Source: Planctomicrobium piriforme
GTDB taxonomy: Bacteria; Planctomycetota; Planctomycetia; Pirellulales; UBA1268
Length of the DNA stretch: 64,000 nt
NCBI GenBank assembly: GCA_945861585.1
Contig: CAMAVC010000001.1
Coordinates: 5,947 to 69,946 of the forward strand
Reading direction: 5' to 3'
In this document: one piece after another, positions 61,182 to 64,000 of the stretch
Layout: the number at the start of each line of letters is the position of its first letter
How positions within the stretch are numbered: the first letter of the stretch is position 1
The notes under the pieces: generated by a model
Database searches by the model: none
Told to the model about the DNA's origin: nothing
Seen by the model: only the letters and a program-made list of their open reading frames with translations
Program-made: the position numbers and the translations under genes

Positions 61182-62498
61182 ATGAGGCCGTTCGGATCGC
61201 GGCGGCTCTCGCGCCGCGCGGCGCTGCGTGCCACCGGCGCCGGGATCGCCCTCCCGCTCCTCGACGCGATGCTGCCAGGTTTCGCGGCAGCCGCACCGGA
61301 CGGTCGCGGGCCGGGCTCAGTTCCGCAGCGGATGGTCGCCATTCACGCGGCCCTCGGGATGATGCCGCAGTTTTTCTTTCCGGCAAAGCCGGTCGGAGGG
61401 GACCCGGCCCCGGCGCCCGCGAGCCCCTATCTCGATCTGCTCGCATCCCACCGCGGCCGATTCACCGTCTTCTCGGGGCTCTCGCATCCGTCTGTCGACG
61501 GCAACCATCACGCCGGCCAGTGCTTCCTCACTGGCGCCCCACACCCGGGCCAGCCCACGTTCAAGAACTCGATCTCGCTCGATCAGGTGGCCGCCGAGAC
61601 GATCGGCCTCGACACGCGGTTTCCGTTCCTCGCGCTCTCTGTGCAGAAGGGGGAGCAGTATTCCAACACGCTCGCCGTGTCGCGGAGCGGCGTGGACATC
61701 CCGTCCCAGACGAGCCCCAAGCGGCTCTACCGGGCCATGTTCGTGGCTGGCACTCCCGAGGAGAAAGCGGCGACGCTGCGGCGAATCGAGGCCGGCGGCA
61801 GCGTGCTCGATCTGGTCCTCGACAAGAAGGCCCGGCTCGAGAAAGCCGTCGGGCCCGAGGACCGAAGCCGCCTCGACCAGTATTTTTCGAGTGTCCGTGA
61901 ACTGGAGAGCCGGCTCGAGAAGGCGATCGAGTGGGAGAACCGCCCCAAGCCCGCCGTTGAATGGAAAGAGCCCGACGACATCGCAGATGCCAACCGTGTG
62001 ATCGAGAAGTCGAAGCTCATGTTCGACATGGCGAGGCTCGCGCTCCAGACTGACTCGACGCGGGTGATCACGCTCTCGCTGAGCACGTTTTCCGTCGTGC
62101 CCCACGTGCCCGGCGTGAAGAACGAAACCCACGGCCTCACGCACCACGGCAACGAGCCGGAGAAGATCGCCGAATTGAAGAAGATCGAGGAAGCCCAGAT
62201 GGCCGCCCTCGGCTCTCTCCTTCAGAGCCTCCGCGACACGCCCGACGGCGGCGGCACGCTCCTCGACCACACCCAGCTCCTCTACGGCAGCTGCCTGGGC
62301 AACGCCAACTCCCACTCGAATCAGAATCTGCCGATCATCCTCGCCGGCGGCGGCTACCGGCATCCGGGCCACCTCGCGTTCGACGAAAGGAAGAACGAGC
62401 CGCTCGCGAACCTCTACCTGACGATGCTCCAGCGGCTCGGCGTCGAGACCGACCGATTTGCCTCGAGCACGGGCACACTCCGCGGCCTCGACGCGTGA
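61182..62498 (+). CDS. DUF1552 protein (Tat signal)
   Basis: Trimmed to MRPFGSRRLSRRAALRATGAGIALPLLDAM. The remainder is typical of planctomycete DUF1552 as I remember it (GLSHP..., THGLTHHG). Confidence 0.8.
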   Translation: MRPFGSRRLSRRAALRATGAGIALPLLDAMLPGFAAAAPDGRGPGSVPQRMVAIHAALGMMPQFFFPAKPVGGDPAPAPASPYLDLLASHRGRFTVFSGLSHPSVDGNHHAGQCFLTGAPHPGQPTFKNSISLDQVAAETIGLDTRFPFLALSVQKGEQYSNTLAVSRSGVDIPSQTSPKRLYRAMFVAGTPEEKAATLRRIEAGGSVLDLVLDKKARLEKAVGPEDRSRLDQYFSSVRELESRLEKAIEWENRPKPAVEWKEPDDIADANRVIEKSKLMFDMARLALQTDSTRVITLSLSTFSVVPHVPGVKNETHGLTHHGNEPEKIAELKKIEEAQMAALGSLLQSLRDTPDGGGTLLDHTQLLYGSCLGNANSHSNQNLPIILAGGGYRHPGHLAFDERKNEPLANLYLTMLQRLGVETDRFASSTGTLRGLDA

Positions 62499-62527
62499 GG
62501 GGCATCGCGCAGCCCCTGACTCCGTAC

Positions 62528-62545
62528 GACAGGCTTCAGCCTGTC
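62528..62545. terminator. palindromic hairpin GACAGGCT-TC-AGCCTGTC between convergent genes
   Basis: Identical 18-mer to 44716-44733. It is flanked by a further small hairpin, GGGGC-atcgcgca-GCCCC, at 62499-62516. Confidence 0.5.
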
Positions 62546-62575
62546 AGATGCTGCCGCCCCACTGCGGCGACCATT

Positions 62576-63973
62576 TCATGATCTCGTAGCGGCTGCCCTG
62601 CGCCGCTGCTTTCTGCCCGGTCCGCCCGCCGGCCTGTCACTGACGGGAGCCTGCTCCGCGTTCCAACTGTCGTAGAGCTGTTGTAGCTCCGCGACCCGTT
62701 CGGGACGTGTGGCGGCGAGATCCTTTTGCTCGCCGATGTCAGTTGCGAGGTCGTAGAGCTCAGGCTTGCCGGAGCCCCCCTTCGACACGACGAGCTTCCA
62801 GTCGCCGCTGCGGATGGCCCACTGGCCGACGAACCGCCAAAACATCGTCTCGTGCGGCCGCGACGGCACCTTCCCCGTCAGGTGTGGCACGAGATCGACG
62901 CCATCGATCGAGTCGGCGGCTGCGATCGGCTTGCCCGCGGCCGCCATCACGGTCGGCACGACGTCGAGGTTCATGACGGGCAGGTCGTAGGTCTTGCCGC
63001 CGGGAATCGTTCCCTTCCACTGCACGAGGAACGGCACGCGTGGCCCGCCCTCGTACGTCATCATCTTGAAGCCGCGGAGCGGCCCGTTCTGCGACGAGGT
63101 TTGGCCCGTCGGACCGCCGTTGTCGGCGATGAAGAAGATGAGTGTCTTCTCCTCCTGCCCGAGTTCTCGTACCGTCGAGAGCACGCGACCCACGGCGTCG
63201 TCCATCGCCGAGAGCATCGCGGCGAACGTCCGCCGTTTCACTTCGGTGATTCCCGGGAACCGGTCGAGGTACTTTTTCGGCGCTTCAAGCGGCGCGTGCT
63301 GGGCGTTGAACGGCAGGTAGAGGAAGCAGGGGCCGGCGGCATGGGCCTTGAGCCAGTCCACGGCGCGGTCGGCGTAGGCATCGGTCGTGTAGAAGTCGTC
63401 GTCCTCGATCGCGACGACGTCGGCCGACGTTTGCGAATCGATGAAGCCCTTGGGGTGGTAGAAGGGCGTGTTGGCCAGAGTCCCGTAAAACTCGTCGAAT
63501 CCGCGGGCCGTCGGCCGGCGGTTGGGCGAGTCGCCGAGATGCCACTTGCCGACGCAGGCCGTGGAATAGCCGAGCCCCTTCAAGCGAGTTGCCAGCGTCG
63601 TCTCGTTGAGGAAGCCGCTCGAGTTGTGATCTTGGTTCGTCTCGTGGCCAAACCGGGTCGGGTAGCGGCCGGTCATCAGTCCGGCCCGCGACGGGCTGCA
63701 GTAGGTCGCGGCGACGTAGTCCTGCGTGCACCGCATGCCGCTCGTGGCGAGCGAGTCGATGTGGGGCGTGGGGATTTCGGGATTGCCCTGGCAGCCGAGT
63801 TCACCCCAGCCGAGGTCGTCGGCGTAGAAGATGATCACGTTCGGCGCGGCCTCGAGCGACGGGGCTGACCAGCCGCCGCCGGCCAAGCGAGCGAGGACCG
63901 CGAGGCGGGCGAGAACGGGCAGCGAAAACAGATGACGCCACTGCGGCATAACGCGATGCTCCGAGGGGTTCAC
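62576..63973 (-). CDS. arylsulfatase (Cys-type)
   Basis: Motifs: PNVIIFYADDLGWGELGCQG and TYCSPSRAGLMTGR. The track start is a non-ATG codon; the alternative MPQWRHLFSLPVLARLA is 8 codons in. My manual base count near the window end is off by 1 from the track, so I kept the track coordinates. Confidence 0.85.
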   Translation of the reverse strand: MNPSEHRVMPQWRHLFSLPVLARLAVLARLAGGGWSAPSLEAAPNVIIFYADDLGWGELGCQGNPEIPTPHIDSLATSGMRCTQDYVAATYCSPSRAGLMTGRYPTRFGHETNQDHNSSGFLNETTLATRLKGLGYSTACVGKWHLGDSPNRRPTARGFDEFYGTLANTPFYHPKGFIDSQTSADVVAIEDDDFYTTDAYADRAVDWLKAHAAGPCFLYLPFNAQHAPLEAPKKYLDRFPGITEVKRRTFAAMLSAMDDAVGRVLSTVRELGQEEKTLIFFIADNGGPTGQTSSQNGPLRGFKMMTYEGGPRVPFLVQWKGTIPGGKTYDLPVMNLDVVPTVMAAAGKPIAAADSIDGVDLVPHLTGKVPSRPHETMFWRFVGQWAIRSGDWKLVVSKGGSGKPELYDLATDIGEQKDLAATRPERVAELQQLYDSWNAEQAPVSDRPAGGPGRKQRRRAAATRS

Positions 63974-64000
63974 GAGCCGAGATCGGTCCTTCCTTGACGT

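Overview
This is a high-GC, gene-dense chromosomal segment with about 45 protein genes. I saw no rRNA, tRNA, CRISPR array, transposase or integrase. The gene families point to a Planctomycetota genome of the Pirellulales type (inference): DUF1501, DUF1549/DUF1553, DUF1552, an SHD1-domain protein, a PVC-type CxxCH heme protein, many Cys-type sulfatases and a PEP-CTERM protein.

Housekeeping genes include a tight dnaN-DUF721-gyrB operon with no dnaA or recF nearby, nrdJ, pgk, apt, a sigma-70 factor, floA and an FKBP isomerase.

The accessory content has three parts:
- A sulfatase island at about 13.9-31.3 kb. It holds 8 sulfatase catalytic domains in 5 genes, three of them multi-domain fusions: sulfatase-sulfatase-esterase, sulfatase-sulfatase, and PhoD-like phosphatase-sulfatase-sulfatase. 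A ThuA-like gene and a DUF485/ActP acetate-symporter pair sit with them. A ninth sulfatase lies at the window end.
- An AraC-controlled sugar/sugar-acid cluster at 45.0-51.5 kb: UxaE-like epimerase, TIM-barrel isomerase, FucU/RbsD mutarotase, aldo-keto reductase, fuconolactonase-like amidohydrolase and Zn-ADH.
- A left-end group: a PEP-CTERM protein with two DTGA aspartic-peptidase signatures, a patatin-TM-unknown-domain protein, and a histidine kinase with a sigma-54-dependent response regulator.

The observations most worth a second look are visible directly in the sequence:
- An 87/108-nt intergenic element present twice (11670-11756 and 50370-50477). It has a nested stem-loop architecture and one compensatory base-pair change, so it is a candidate structured RNA or REP-like element.
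- A G14 homopolymer in the divergent patatin/kinase spacer.
- A family of GACAGGCT..AGCCTGTC-type palindromic hairpins placed just after stop codons.
- A 21-bp-phased direct repeat in the AraC/uxaE-like spacer.
- A sulfatase domain whose CxPxR motif reads C-C-P-S-L.

I could not demonstrate a complete novel multi-gene system from sequence alone. All functional links below are hypotheses. Many long ORFs in the supplied track are antisense artefacts of high GC, and many N-termini in the track are over-extended; I trimmed them using signal peptides, SD-like motifs and ATGA start/stop overlaps.
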